From an uncultured bacterium (lineage in GTDB: Bacteria > Planctomycetota > UBA1135 > GCA-002686595): 64,000 nt of DNA. Of the stretch, positions 39,662 to 50,510 are shown one piece after another. Under the pieces are notes generated by a model that saw only the letters and a program-made list of their open reading frames with translations, ran no database searches and was not told the DNA's origin. Location of the stretch: contig CALSNU010000004.1 of NCBI GenBank assembly GCA_943787795.1, positions 704,001 through 768,000 on the forward strand, given 5' to 3'. A program made the translations under genes and the position numbers. How positions within the stretch are numbered: the first letter of the stretch is position 1; the number at the start of each line of letters is the position of its first letter.

Positions 39662-39889
39662 CGTGTCTTGGCGGTCAGGAGTGCGGCGGGAGCATAGTCT
39701 ACGGCCGGCCGCATCCCACCCGCCTGAGCCGGGTTCGCTTCCTCTGGCCGCGGATTGCCCCGTCGTGAGCACATTCCGGGGGCGCGCCGCGCCGGCGCGG
39801 GGCTGCTCCAGCTAACCTCCCCCCACCCAGCGACCGAGGAAGGCCCCGCCCGAAAGGGCCTCCGGCGCTGGAGACCCGACCAGAGAGGA

Positions 39890-41368
39890 ATGCCAGTGGC
39901 CCAGGCCAAGATCAAACCCCGCGCCGAAGACTACGCGCAGTGGTATCAGGACATCATCCAGCACGCTGACCTCGCGGAGCCCGCGGGCGTCGTCAAGGGC
40001 TGCATGGTCATCAAGCCCCACGGCTATGCCATCTGGGAGGCCATGCAGGCCGACCTCGACCGGCGCTTCAAGGACACCGGGCACAAGAACGCCGCGTTCC
40101 CCATGCTCATCCCCATGAGCTTCCTCGAGAAGGAAGCCGAGCACGTGGAGGGCTTCGCGCCGGAGCTCGCGGTCGTGACCCACGCGGGCGGCAAGGAGCT
40201 CGAGGAGCCGTACTGCATTCGGCCCACGTCCGAGACCATCATCGGGCACTTCTTCGCGAAGTGGATCGACTCCCACCGCGACCTCCCGCTGCTGATCAAC
40301 CAGTGGGCCAACGTCATGCGCTGGGAGCTGCGCACGCGCATGTTCCTGCGCACGAGCGAGTTCTTCTGGCAGGAGGGGCACACCGCGCACGCGACCCACG
40401 ACGAGGCGAAGGAGGAGGTCGCGCGGATGCTCGACGTCTACCGCGACTTCGCGCGCGACATGATGGCCATGCCGGTGGTGCGCGGCATCAAGAGCGCCCA
40501 CGAGCGCTTCGCCGGCGCCCTCGAGACCCTCACCATCGAGGCCATGATGCAGGACGGCAAGTCGCTGCAGTCGGGCACCAGCCACGACCTCGGCCAGAAC
40601 TTCGGCAAGGCCTTCGACGTCACGTTCCAGAACGCCGAGGGTGAGCGCGAGTACGTGTGGCAGACCTCATGGGGTCTCTCGACGCGCATGATCGGTGCCC
40701 TGATCATGACCCACTCGGACGACGACGGCCTCGTGCTCCCGCCGCGCCTCGCGCCGATCCACGTGGTGATCGTCCCGATCTACCGCAAGGACGAGGAGCG
40801 CGACGCGGTCCTCGAGGCGGCAGACCGCATCGGCGCCGAGCTGCGCGAGGATGGCCTGCGGGTCGAGGTCGACAAGCGGACGGGCATGAAGCCCGGGGCA
40901 AAGTACTACGAGTGGGAGCGCAAGGGCGTCCCCATGCGCCTCGAGATCGGCCCGCGCGACCTCGAGCAGCGCGCGGTCATGAGCAAGATGCGCCTCGCCG
41001 AGCTCGACGAGCGCGGCCGCCCCGTGAAGGAGGTCCTGCCCTGGGACGGGCTCGGGATTGAGATCGGCAAGCGCCTGGACCGCTTCCAGGAGGAGCTCTA
41101 CGAGCGCGCCCTCAAGATGCGCGAGGAGAACACCCACCTCGTGGACTCCTGGGACGACTTCGTGGCCGCCTTCGAGGGCTCCAAGAGCTCCTTTGTCTAC
41201 GCCCACTGGGACGGGACGACCGAGACCGAGCTCGCCATCAAGGAGGCCACCAAGGCCACGATCCGCTGCATCCCCCTCGAGGGTGAGGGCCCGCCGGTGG
41301 AGGCCGGGACGTGCATCAAGACCGGGGCGCCCAGCGCCCAGCGCGTGCTCTTCGCCAAGAACTACTGA
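39890..41368 (+). CDS. proS: proline--tRNA ligase, archaeal/eukaryote-like type
   Basis: [62 protein letters not shown]; no INS domain; GTG at 39896 is an alternative start. Confidence 0.97.
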   Translation: MPVAQAKIKPRAEDYAQWYQDIIQHADLAEPAGVVKGCMVIKPHGYAIWEAMQADLDRRFKDTGHKNAAFPMLIPMSFLEKEAEHVEGFAPELAVVTHAGGKELEEPYCIRPTSETIIGHFFAKWIDSHRDLPLLINQWANVMRWELRTRMFLRTSEFFWQEGHTAHATHDEAKEEVARMLDVYRDFARDMMAMPVVRGIKSAHERFAGALETLTIEAMMQDGKSLQSGTSHDLGQNFGKAFDVTFQNAEGEREYVWQTSWGLSTRMIGALIMTHSDDDGLVLPPRLAPIHVVIVPIYRKDEERDAVLEAADRIGAELREDGLRVEVDKRTGMKPGAKYYEWERKGVPMRLEIGPRDLEQRAVMSKMRLAELDERGRPVKEVLPWDGLGIEIGKRLDRFQEELYERALKMREENTHLVDSWDDFVAAFEGSKSSFVYAHWDGTTETELAIKEATKATIRCIPLEGEGPPVEAGTCIKTGAPSAQRVLFAKNY

Positions 41369-41391
41369 GCACCAGCGGACCCCTGGTTCAC

Positions 41392-41429
41392 GAGGAGGCC
41401 CCACCGCGGCGACGCGGAGGGGCCTCCTC
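41392..41429 (+). terminator. strong GC hairpin downstream of proS (no U-tract)
   Basis: GAGGAGGCCCC-A-CCGCG-GCGA-CGCGG-A-GGGGCCTCCTC. Confidence 0.55.
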
Positions 41430-41734
41430 CGATGGAGCCCAGGTGCCGTCCGCTCGCCCTCTCCAGGCCGTCGGCAGCGGCCCAAGGGCTGCCCAGCCCC
41501 CGCTCGAGCTCTGGCCTCCATCGGAACCGGGAGCCGCCCGTCCTGGCCGAGCCGCCGCAGTGAGCCGCTGCGCCAGCCAGGCTCCCTCCTGTGGCCCCTC
41601 CCGCGGCCCTTCCTGGGGCCCCAGCTGCGGCCCCTTCGGACACCGAGCTCACTCCCCGCCGGGACCGGCCACACCGGGGCAGAACCACGGACGCCTTGGG
41701 GGTAGAATGGTCCGCCGCTTCCCGCTCCAACGCC

Positions 41735-42736
41735 GTGATCTTCCTCTGTCTCTCCGCCGCCGTCCTGCTCCTCGGCCTGCTCGTGGAGACCGCGGCCCGT
41801 CGTCGGGACGGCAAGCGCTGGCCGCGCCCTGGCCGCGCCATCGACGTCGGCGGGCATGGCCTGCACGCCCGGGTCTTCGGTGAGGGAGAGCGCCTGGTCG
41901 TCTTCGAGGCGGATGAGGGCGCGTGGTCCTCGCACTGGGGCCGACTCCCCGAGGAGCTGGGCAAGGTGGCGACGGCGGTGGTGTACGACCGCGCGGGGTT
42001 GGGCTGGAGCGAGAGCGGTCCCCCGCCGCGTGACGTCGAGACGCTGGCGCGCGAGCTGCATCACCTCCTGCAGCAGCTGGCCCCCGGGCGGCCCGTGATC
42101 CTCGTAGGTCACGGCACCGGCGCCGGCGTGGCCCGAACATACGCCCACCGATACCCCTTCGAGACGTCCGCCTTGGTGCTCGTCGATCCCATGCACGAGG
42201 GCTTTGGCGACCTGCTTCGCAGGGAACAGGTCGCTCCCCTCAAGCCCTCGGCCTGGGGCATCGGACTCGCCTCGCTGCTCGGACGCTTCGGGGTCTTGAG
42301 GCTGCTGAACTCCCGCCAGTCCCCCAACGAGCACCTGCCGCTGCCCCCTTCCCAGCGAGCTGAACTGGACGCCCACGAGCTCGAGCCACGGGTCCGGCGC
42401 GCGGCCGCGAATGAGCTGGAGTGCGAGGCCAGGAACGTGGCCTACCTCTCCGGCCTCGCCGCGGTCCCCGAGCTGCCCCTCCGGGTCATCGTCGCGACGG
42501 AGACCCTCGACCCGGCGGACACCCCGCCGGACTTCCCGCACGAGGACTACAACCGCCTCTGGGTGGAGCAGAGCGCGGCCTTCCTGGACGTCTCAAGGAG
42601 GGCGCAACGCGTGCTCGTGGAAGGATCCGGGCATCAGCTCCAACTCGAGCGGCCCGAGATCGTTCTTGAGGCCATCCTCGACGTCATCGGTGAGGTCGAA
42701 GAGGTCGAGGCCCTCCGCGCCGCCGAGGAGTCCTGA
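41735..42736 (+). CDS. membrane-anchored alpha/beta-hydrolase-fold protein lacking the nucleophile Ser
   Basis: PGRAIDVGG, YDRAGLGWSE, LVGHGTG, LVLVDP, GSGHQLQLERPE; GTG start inferred. Confidence 0.82.
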   Translation: MIFLCLSAAVLLLGLLVETAARRRDGKRWPRPGRAIDVGGHGLHARVFGEGERLVVFEADEGAWSSHWGRLPEELGKVATAVVYDRAGLGWSESGPPPRDVETLARELHHLLQQLAPGRPVILVGHGTGAGVARTYAHRYPFETSALVLVDPMHEGFGDLLRREQVAPLKPSAWGIGLASLLGRFGVLRLLNSRQSPNEHLPLPPSQRAELDAHELEPRVRRAAANELECEARNVAYLSGLAAVPELPLRVIVATETLDPADTPPDFPHEDYNRLWVEQSAAFLDVSRRAQRVLVEGSGHQLQLERPEIVLEAILDVIGEVEEVEALRAAEES

Positions 42737-42948
42737 GGGTCGCCGGGGAGCGCCTCGACGGTCATCCCCCGCGTCACTTCCTCCCGCTTCGCCCGGACGC
42801 CGGCTGACGCCCTTACCATGCGCCAGCGGAACGCCCGCTGCCTCCACTGTTCAGATTGCCCCGCCCTGGGCTCCCCGCCGCACGCCCGCTGGCGCCCGTC
42901 CGGAACGACGGGACGCCACCAAGCCGTCCCCCCACCAAGACCCGTCTG

Positions 42949-44670
42949 ATGATGCGCCCCAATCCCCTCACCCGCTTGATCCAGGGGGCGGCCGTGGTCG
43001 CCCTCACCGCATGGGGCGGCGCTGCCCAGACCCAGGAGCCGGTCGCCAAGGTGGACGGCCCGCCCACCATCGCCGACACCTCGGCCATGGATCCCGGGCT
43101 CGTGCGCCTGCTCGATGATCTCCTGGCGGAGGTCGCGGCCAACCCGACGAGCGCGGAGGCCCGGGCCGAGCTCGGCCTCGCCTACGAGGGCAACACCATC
43201 TGGTCCCTCGCCGAGCAGTGCTACGACCAGGCGCTGCAGCTGGATGGCGACGGCACCCAGTGGCTGTTCCGGCGCGGCATCTGCCGGTTCGCCTCCGGGG
43301 ACCTTGAGCCCGCCATCGCGGACCTGCGGGCGACCGCCGAGGTCTTCAAGAACACCCCCGTCGTCCAGGCCCGCCTCGGTGACGCCCTCCGCCTCGCCGG
43401 CGAGCTCGAGGCCGCCGAGGTCGCGTGGCGCCGAGCCATCGAGACCGAGGACCGCCAACCGCAGGTGGTGCGCTACGCAGCGAGCCGGGTCGGGCTCGCC
43501 CAGACGCTGCTCGACCTCGAGCAGCCGGAGGAAGCGGTCAGCCTCTGCCGCAAGGCCCTCGAGCTGGCACCTGGCTATCGTCACGCCCACTACACCCTCG
43601 GGCTGGCCCTGCTGGAACTCGGGCAAGTCGAAGAGGGAGAGGCCGAGCTGATCGCCGGAGAGAACGCCTATCCCGAGTTCCCGCCAGGGCCCCACACCGC
43701 GCGGCTCACCGCTTACGGGCGCGGCTTCGGTCGCCGGATGATGGTCATCGAGATGATCGTGCAGTCCGGAGACCTCGAGGAAGCGAACCGGCGCCTCGCT
43801 GAGATCATGGAGAGCCGCGGCGACGAGTACCTCGTGCTCAACCTGGCGTCGCGCGTCGCTCAGCGCAGCGGCGACAACGCCCGCGCCCGTGAGCTGCTCG
43901 CCCGCAGCCTCGAGGCCTCGCCGGGCGAGCCGTCGACCCTGACACAGCTCTGCCTGCTCGACCTCCAGGAAGCGGACTCCATCAAGTTCCAGCTCGGCAA
44001 CATGCAGCAGCAGGCCAGCCAGGGCGTCGCCGTCGATCCCGCCGTCGTCACCCAGCTCCAGGAGCGGGGCCGAGAGCTCTGCGCGTCCGCCCTCGCCAGC
44101 GCCAACGCCGCGGCCAGCGCCGCGCCGACGGTCGGCTCACTGCACTACTGGGTTGGCGTGAGCCACCAGACCAGCGCGAGCTTCGCGGCGGACCAGAACG
44201 CCATGGGCCAGTCTCTTCAGACGGCCCTCGCGTCTTTCCAGATGGCGCTTCGCCTCGGCTGCACGGAACCCGAGTTCAACATCCAGCTGGCCAACCTCTA
44301 CGCGCAGATGGGGCGCCCGCGGGAGCTCCTGCGCTACGCCCTCCGCCACCTCGACACCGTCCCGCGGGACCCCGCCACGCTCTCGACCGTGATCCAGGCG
44401 CTGATCTCCAATCAGCGCTCCGCGGAGATACGCCCCTACATCGAGCGCCTGCGCGCAGCCGGCACCGGACAGCTCCCTTCCCTCCAGTTCTGTGTGCAGG
44501 CCTATCTGACCATCGGCGACTTCAGCGCGGCCGAGTCCGCCCTGGCCGAGTTCGAGGCCGCCGGCCCCGGCAACCCGCAGGTCGCCCAGTTCGTGACAGC
44601 CGTCCAGGCCCACATCGCGCAAGAGCGCGCCAAGACCCCCCCGCCCGCCGAGGGTGGCGGGCGTCCCTGA
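42949..44670 (+). CDS. exported TPR-repeat protein
   Basis: Signal peptide; many TPRs (ARAELGLAY, ARLGDAL, AHYTLGLALLELG). Confidence 0.85.
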   Translation: MMRPNPLTRLIQGAAVVALTAWGGAAQTQEPVAKVDGPPTIADTSAMDPGLVRLLDDLLAEVAANPTSAEARAELGLAYEGNTIWSLAEQCYDQALQLDGDGTQWLFRRGICRFASGDLEPAIADLRATAEVFKNTPVVQARLGDALRLAGELEAAEVAWRRAIETEDRQPQVVRYAASRVGLAQTLLDLEQPEEAVSLCRKALELAPGYRHAHYTLGLALLELGQVEEGEAELIAGENAYPEFPPGPHTARLTAYGRGFGRRMMVIEMIVQSGDLEEANRRLAEIMESRGDEYLVLNLASRVAQRSGDNARARELLARSLEASPGEPSTLTQLCLLDLQEADSIKFQLGNMQQQASQGVAVDPAVVTQLQERGRELCASALASANAAASAAPTVGSLHYWVGVSHQTSASFAADQNAMGQSLQTALASFQMALRLGCTEPEFNIQLANLYAQMGRPRELLRYALRHLDTVPRDPATLSTVIQALISNQRSAEIRPYIERLRAAGTGQLPSLQFCVQAYLTIGDFSAAESALAEFEAAGPGNPQVAQFVTAVQAHIAQERAKTPPPAEGGGRP

Positions 44671-44725
44671 ACTCCGCCCCGCCCGCCGTTCGACCCAGCG
44701 CCACCACACTGTCCTCCCCTTGACG

Positions 44726-46432
44726 ATGATCACCTCCGTTTCGCTGCTCGCCCTGCTCGCTCCCGCCGCCCCCGCCGCCGCGCAGGAAGCCGCCGCGCCC
44801 CCCGTCTGGTTCAGGGAGGTCGGCGCCGACGCCGGCGTCGACTTTGTCCACCTGGCCGACCGAACCGACCGCCACCGCTTCCCCGAGATCATGGGCGGCG
44901 GCGTCGCCCTGCTGGACCATGACGGCGACGGCGACCTGGACATCTACCTGGTCCAGGGGGGCATCCTCGGCGACGCCGCGGAAGGGGTCGAGCGCCCCGG
45001 CAACCGGCTGTTCCGGAACGACACTGAGGCCGGCGGACCGCTCCGGTTCACCGACGTGACCGAGCAGGCAGGGGTCGGCAACAACGAGTACGGCATGGGC
45101 GTCGCCTGCGGAGACTTCGACCGAGACGGTGACACGGACCTCTTTGTCACCAACGTCGGCCCGAACGTCATGTATGTGAACAACGGTGACGGGACCTTCA
45201 CCGACAAGACCGCGAAGCTGAAGGTCGGCGACCCCCGCTGGGCCACCAGCGCGGCCATGTTCGACGCCAACGGTGACGGGAAGCTCGACCTCTACGTGGT
45301 GAACAACCTCGGCTGGTCCGACGCGATCGAGATCGAGTGCTTCAACTACTACGGGGAGCCCGACTACTGCAGCCCGAACAACTACAACGCGCCCTCCGCC
45401 GACCTCTTCTACACGTTCGGGCGGCTCGGCTTCACCGACGCGACCCTGCGCACGGGCATCGACGCCGCCTTCGGCAACGGGCTCGGCCTCGCGGTTGGTG
45501 ACTCCGACCTCGACGGCGACCTCGACGTCTACGTGGCGAACGACGCCACCACCAACCTGCTCTGGGTCAACGACGGTCGAGCGCTCTTCGAGGACCGCGG
45601 GATCCGCGCGGGCTGCGGCCTGAACGGCAACGGCACCCCCGAGGCGGGGATGGGCGTTCAATTCGTCGACCTCGACGAGGACGGCGACCTGGACCTCTAC
45701 ATGACACACCTGAGGCGGGAGACCAACACCTACTACCGCAACCGCAACGGCAAGTTCAGTGACATGAGCAACGTCACCGGGACCGCCGGCGTGAGCATGA
45801 AGTTCACGGGCTTCGGCATGGGCTTCCAGGACTTCGACCTGGACGGGACCCTTGACCTCTACGTCGCCAACGGCGCGGTCCAGGCCTGGAAGGAGGGCGA
45901 GCGCTTCGACCAGAACGACGCCTACGCGGAGCCCAACCACCTGTTCCAGGGTGCCCGCAAGGGCAAGCGAGTGACCTTCAAGCTCACCCAGCCCGCCGGA
46001 GCGACCGCTGAACCGCTCCTAGGAACGAGCCGCGGCGCGGCCTTCGGAGACCTGGAGGGAGACGGCGACGTGGACATCATCGTCGTGGACCTGGACGCCC
46101 GGGTGAAGGTGCTAGAGAACGTCGCCCCGAGGGAGGGCGAGGCCGCGAGCTGGGTCGGCTTCCAGGCGACCTCCGGCAAGAAGAGCGCCATCGTGCACGG
46201 CGCGACGGTCTCCATCGCGCGCGGCGACGAGGGCAAGCGCCAGTACCGGCAGGCCAACCCGGCCTACAGCTACCTCTCGAGCAACGACCCCCGGGCCCAC
46301 TTCGGACTCGGCGGCGCCTCGACCGCGAAGGACGTTCAGGTCCGGTGGCCGGACGGCACGGTCGAACGCTTCGGAGATCGGCCGGCCGGCCAGTACCACG
46401 TCCTCGCGAAGGGCGAAGGCCAGAAGCAGTGA
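44726..46432 (+). CDS. CRTAC1-family protein (FG-GAP/VCBS repeats + ASPIC/UnbV)
   Basis: Repeated DxDGDGDLDxY; SRGAAFGD; SYLSSNDPRAHFGLG; VRWPDG. Confidence 0.92.
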   Translation: MITSVSLLALLAPAAPAAAQEAAAPPVWFREVGADAGVDFVHLADRTDRHRFPEIMGGGVALLDHDGDGDLDIYLVQGGILGDAAEGVERPGNRLFRNDTEAGGPLRFTDVTEQAGVGNNEYGMGVACGDFDRDGDTDLFVTNVGPNVMYVNNGDGTFTDKTAKLKVGDPRWATSAAMFDANGDGKLDLYVVNNLGWSDAIEIECFNYYGEPDYCSPNNYNAPSADLFYTFGRLGFTDATLRTGIDAAFGNGLGLAVGDSDLDGDLDVYVANDATTNLLWVNDGRALFEDRGIRAGCGLNGNGTPEAGMGVQFVDLDEDGDLDLYMTHLRRETNTYYRNRNGKFSDMSNVTGTAGVSMKFTGFGMGFQDFDLDGTLDLYVANGAVQAWKEGERFDQNDAYAEPNHLFQGARKGKRVTFKLTQPAGATAEPLLGTSRGAAFGDLEGDGDVDIIVVDLDARVKVLENVAPREGEAASWVGFQATSGKKSAIVHGATVSIARGDEGKRQYRQANPAYSYLSSNDPRAHFGLGGASTAKDVQVRWPDGTVERFGDRPAGQYHVLAKGEGQKQ

Positions 46433-46462
46433 AGCACTAGGCGCCGCCCACCTGGCGGCGCC

Positions 46463-47341
46463 GTGACCATCATGGGCACCCCTATCCCCACCCCCACACA
46501 CGTCACCGCGGTGCTCTTCAGGGAGGCTCCCGCGCTGGAGCGCCTCTTCGAGGTCTTCCGCCGGCTCCCTGACAGCAGCGACGTGGTCCTGGAGACCACA
46601 CACGTCCGGCTCGACACCCCCGCCGGTGTGGTGCACGCCTCCACCTTCGGCGCCCCCTGGCCGGACATGGACCCCGAGTCCCTCGCTGAACTTGGCGGCG
46701 TCGGAGCTGGCCTCCACCCCGGATCGCTTCAGCGCGCCGCGGACCAGAGCGTCGTCTGGCCAGGCGGCGCGTTGGCAGCGGACGCACACCAGGGCTTCGT
46801 CCACCTGATCATGGCCGAGGGCACGGGGACTCCGCAGGCACAGGTGGAGGCGCTGGAACGCCTCGCCCTCGCCATGCTGGCGGACCCCGCCAGCCTGTGC
46901 CTCTTCTTCCCGTGGGGCGAGTCCCTGCGCGACGGCCACGTCATGGGCAACATCCGCGCGGCCGCCGTGGAACAAGGCGCCGTCCCCCTGCAGAACTGGG
47001 TCAACGGTCGGCTCGCGCAGAGCGGCGAGGGCGCGGTGATCGCGGACCTCATCGGCCTCGGGCTCGTCGGCCTCCCGGACACCGAGGCGGTCTTCCCCGA
47101 TCGCCCTGACCTGCCCCCCTACGAGGTGCTCGGGTTCCTGCTCGACATCGCGCACCACCTCGCGCTCGAGGGCGGCGCCCTCGAGGAGGGTGTCGTCTAC
47201 GAGGGCCCCGGCGGTCTTCGATGGCGAGCCGGCCTGGACGTCGAGTCACAGATCGAGCCCGCCCGCAAGCTGGTGCGCTGGATCCCGCTCGCTCCTGGAG
47301 AAGGGGCGGCTTCGACCGACAGCTCGGAGACCAGCCAATGA
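46463..47341 (+). CDS. hypothetical protein, DUF4261-like C-terminus
   Basis: DLIGLGLVGLPDTEAVF...FLLDIAHHL; stop overlaps next start (ATGA). Confidence 0.55.
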   Translation: MTIMGTPIPTPTHVTAVLFREAPALERLFEVFRRLPDSSDVVLETTHVRLDTPAGVVHASTFGAPWPDMDPESLAELGGVGAGLHPGSLQRAADQSVVWPGGALAADAHQGFVHLIMAEGTGTPQAQVEALERLALAMLADPASLCLFFPWGESLRDGHVMGNIRAAAVEQGAVPLQNWVNGRLAQSGEGAVIADLIGLGLVGLPDTEAVFPDRPDLPPYEVLGFLLDIAHHLALEGGALEEGVVYEGPGGLRWRAGLDVESQIEPARKLVRWIPLAPGEGAASTDSSETSQ

Positions 47342-48072
47342 GCTCCCCCGACAAGAACATCGAGCACTTCGGTGCGACGCTCGCCGCCCTCGACCAAGAG
47401 GTCAACTGGGACCTCGTCGCCACGGTCTACTGCGACGGTGACTCCGAGGGCTTCTTCGACGACGAGCGCCGGAACGCCGTCCTCGACGCCGGGCTCAAGG
47501 TGGCCTCAGATCTCGGCGAGGCGCTCGAGCCCGGAGGGCGCTCGCTCTACGTCGGCGCCGCGGTGGCCGAGCTCGCGCCGATGCTCTTCGAGGCCATCGT
47601 CCTCGGCCGGCGCGTGGTCTGGAAGGCGCTGCCCTCGGTCGAGATGGAGGAGCTGACCCGGGCCCTGCGCGCGGTCTCAGTGGAAGGGCGCTCCGCGCTC
47701 CCGATCCCCAAGACCGAGCCGTGGCTCGGCCGCGAGCTCGGCCGCTGCGACCACGTCTGGATGACCAGCGTCCTCACCGACCCGGACGCCTTCCCCGCCC
47801 TGCATGACGCGCTCTATCAGCGCCAGGGCACCCCGGAGGCGGTGGGCGGTGGACACCCCAAGGAGGAGCGCCGACGAGCGCGAGAGCTCGTGGACGAGGC
47901 CCTGGTCGCGTCGGGAGAGGGCGCGGTCATCAGCACCTCCGACGAGGAGGTCCAGGTTTGGGAGGCCGCGGCAGAGGACTTCGGTCTCACCCTCGAGGTC
48001 GCCCCCACCGGGCGGATGTCCGGGGTGGTCGGTGACGTCATCCGTAGGGGCAGGCTCCGCCGCCGGGCCTAG
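47338..48072 (+). CDS. hypothetical protein (possible Rossmann/methyltransferase-like fold)
   Basis: SLYVGAAVAE, DHVWMTSVLTDP; translationally coupled to the upstream gene. Confidence 0.6.
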   Translation: MSSPDKNIEHFGATLAALDQEVNWDLVATVYCDGDSEGFFDDERRNAVLDAGLKVASDLGEALEPGGRSLYVGAAVAELAPMLFEAIVLGRRVVWKALPSVEMEELTRALRAVSVEGRSALPIPKTEPWLGRELGRCDHVWMTSVLTDPDAFPALHDALYQRQGTPEAVGGGHPKEERRRARELVDEALVASGEGAVISTSDEEVQVWEAAAEDFGLTLEVAPTGRMSGVVGDVIRRGRLRRRA

Positions 48073-48164
48073 CGCATCAATTCGAACCAGATGCAGCCAC
48101 GCTGCGCCCAGGCCGCCCTTTCCCTCCTGTGACCCGCGCGCTCGGGACGAGACATAGGGAAGGA

Positions 48165-50369
48165 ATGGCCAACGGCAACAACGCGAATGACCCTGGCTCC
48201 GCTGACGGGTCCGAGGCTGGGAACGAGCCGGGAGCTCCCGAGCGAGGGGCCGCCCAGTACGAGACCGCGCCCGAGCACTTCATCAACCGCGAGCTGAGCC
48301 TGCTGGAGTTCAATCGGCGGGTGCTCGCCCAGGCGCTGGACGAGTCAGTCCCGCTGCTCGAGCGGCTCCGCTTCCTGACCATCTCCAGCACGAACCTCGA
48401 TGAGTTCTTCGAGGTCCGCAAGGCCTCCCACCAGGAGCGCCTCACCCTTCGCTCCAGCAGCATCGGGTTCGACGGTCGCTCGACCCACCAGCTCCTCGAG
48501 GACATCGCCACCGAGGCGGCCGAGCTCGTGCGAGAGCACTACGAGGTCCTCAACAACATCCTGCTCCCGCTGCTCGCGGCCGAGGGCATCAAGGTGCTCA
48601 AGCGCCAGCTGTGGACGCCGGCGCAGGCGTCCTGGATCAGCGGCTTCTTCGGGCGGGAGGTCGAGCCGATCCTCACACCGGTGGGCCTCGACCCCTCTCA
48701 TCCGTTCCCCAAGATCCTCAACAAGAGCCTCAACTTCATCGTCATCGTCGAGGGTGAGGACGCCTTCGCTCGCGACACGGGCCTCGGCGTGGTGCAGGTC
48801 CCCCGGGCGCTCCCGCGGCTGATCTCTCTCCCCCCGTCCGTGCGCGGCAATGAGCTCGCCTTCGTTCTCCTGTCCTCGATCATCCACGCCCACGTGGAGA
48901 CGCTCTTTCCCGGGATGCGGGTCGTGGGCTGCCACCAGTTTCGCGTCACGCGCAACAGCGAGCTGTGGGTCGACGACGAGGAGGTGGAGAACATCCTCGA
49001 GGCCATCGAGGGCGAGCTCCCCGAGCGCAAGTACGCCGAGGCCGTTCGCCTAGAGGTCGCGACCGACTGCCCGGAGAAGGTCGTGCGCCTCCTCCGGCAG
49101 CGCTTCGAGCTGGACGACGCCGACGTGTACCGGGTCAACGGCCCCGTCAACGTCGGCCGGCTGGGCGTGCTCCACGACATGGTGGACCGTCCAGACCTGA
49201 AGTACCCGCTGCTGACGCCGCGGGTCCCGCGGGCGCTCGCCAGAGCCGAGGACCCGTTCGCCGCGATCCGGGAGCGGGACATCCTCCTGCACCACCCCTA
49301 CGAGTCCTTCGCCCCGGTGATCGACCTCGTTCGCCGCGCAGCCTCCGACCCCGACGTGCTCGCGATCAAGCAGACCCTCTATCGCACGGAGCGCAACTCC
49401 GCCATCGTCGCGGCCCTCGTGGAGGCGGCCCGAAACGGGAAGCAAGTGGTCGCCGTCGTGGAGCTTCGAGCGCGCTTCGATGAGGCAGAGAACATCGACC
49501 TCGCCAACCAGCTCCAGGAGATCGGCGCCCAGGTGGTGTACGGCATCGTGGGCTACAAGACCCACTCGAAGATGACGCTCATCGTCCGTCGCGAACCGGA
49601 CGGGCTTGTGCGCTATGTCCACATGGGCACCGGCAACTACCACGCGCGGACCGCGCGGACGTACACCGACCTCGGCTTCCTGACCGCGGACCCGCGCATC
49701 GCCGAGGACGTCCACCAGGTCTTCCACCGGCTCACGGGGCTCGGTGCGACGCGGCCGCTCCAGCTCCTCCTCGACGCGCCCTTTACCCTCCGCCAGGAGA
49801 TGCGGCGGCGCATCGAGCAAGAGGCCGAGCACGCGCGCGCAGGCCGCCCCGCGCGGATCATCGCCAAGATGAACGCGCTCACCGAGGTCAACACGATCCG
49901 AGCGCTCTATGACGCGAGCGCCGCCGGCGTCAAGATCGACCTCATCGTCCGCGGAGCCTGCTGCGTCCGACCGGGGCTCCCGGGAGTCTCCGAGAACATC
50001 CGGGTCCGCTCGGTCCTCGGCCGGTTCCTCGAGCACTCGAGGCTCTTCTACTTCGAGGACGGCGGCCGCCGCGCAGTGTTTGCGTCCAGCGCGGACTGGA
50101 TGTCTCGCAACCTGTACCGGCGCGTGGAGACCTGCTTCCCCATCCTCGACCCCGAGCTCAAGAAGCGGGTCATCGAGGAGGACCTGCTGATCTACCTCGG
50201 CGACCACGTGGCGGCGTGGGAGCTCCAAGCCGACGGGAGCCACGTGCGCACCGGGGGCGACCTCGATCCCCAGCAGGAGATCCTGCGGAAGATGGGGCTC
50301 CTGGGCGAGATGAACGACGGCGATGGGGACCTCCCCACAGGGGGCGATCACGGCCTCCGATCGATCTAA
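48165..50369 (+). CDS. ppk1: polyphosphate kinase 1
   Basis: FINRELSLLEFNRRVL, SHPFP, LHHPYESF, IKQTLYRT, ELRARFDE, KTHSK, GTGNY, RFLEHSR, SSADWM. Confidence 0.97.
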   Translation: MANGNNANDPGSADGSEAGNEPGAPERGAAQYETAPEHFINRELSLLEFNRRVLAQALDESVPLLERLRFLTISSTNLDEFFEVRKASHQERLTLRSSSIGFDGRSTHQLLEDIATEAAELVREHYEVLNNILLPLLAAEGIKVLKRQLWTPAQASWISGFFGREVEPILTPVGLDPSHPFPKILNKSLNFIVIVEGEDAFARDTGLGVVQVPRALPRLISLPPSVRGNELAFVLLSSIIHAHVETLFPGMRVVGCHQFRVTRNSELWVDDEEVENILEAIEGELPERKYAEAVRLEVATDCPEKVVRLLRQRFELDDADVYRVNGPVNVGRLGVLHDMVDRPDLKYPLLTPRVPRALARAEDPFAAIRERDILLHHPYESFAPVIDLVRRAASDPDVLAIKQTLYRTERNSAIVAALVEAARNGKQVVAVVELRARFDEAENIDLANQLQEIGAQVVYGIVGYKTHSKMTLIVRREPDGLVRYVHMGTGNYHARTARTYTDLGFLTADPRIAEDVHQVFHRLTGLGATRPLQLLLDAPFTLRQEMRRRIEQEAEHARAGRPARIIAKMNALTEVNTIRALYDASAAGVKIDLIVRGACCVRPGLPGVSENIRVRSVLGRFLEHSRLFYFEDGGRRAVFASSADWMSRNLYRRVETCFPILDPELKKRVIEEDLLIYLGDHVAAWELQADGSHVRTGGDLDPQQEILRKMGLLGEMNDGDGDLPTGGDHGLRSI

Positions 50370-50510
50370 GGCCCCCCCAGCCGCTAAGATCTCGCCCCTG
50401 CCGCTCGCCCGGCGCATCAACGTTCAGCGTACTCGTGATCCAGCGGCCCTCTCCCTGGGGCGCCTCCCCCCAGCCGCCACGTACGACGCGGCGCCAGCCT
50501 CCTGATCCAC

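Noticed and set aside
39780..39889. T-box riboswitch upstream of proS
   Set aside because: Only a small GCCC-GAAA-GGGC hairpin; no T-box consensus or terminator/antiterminator.
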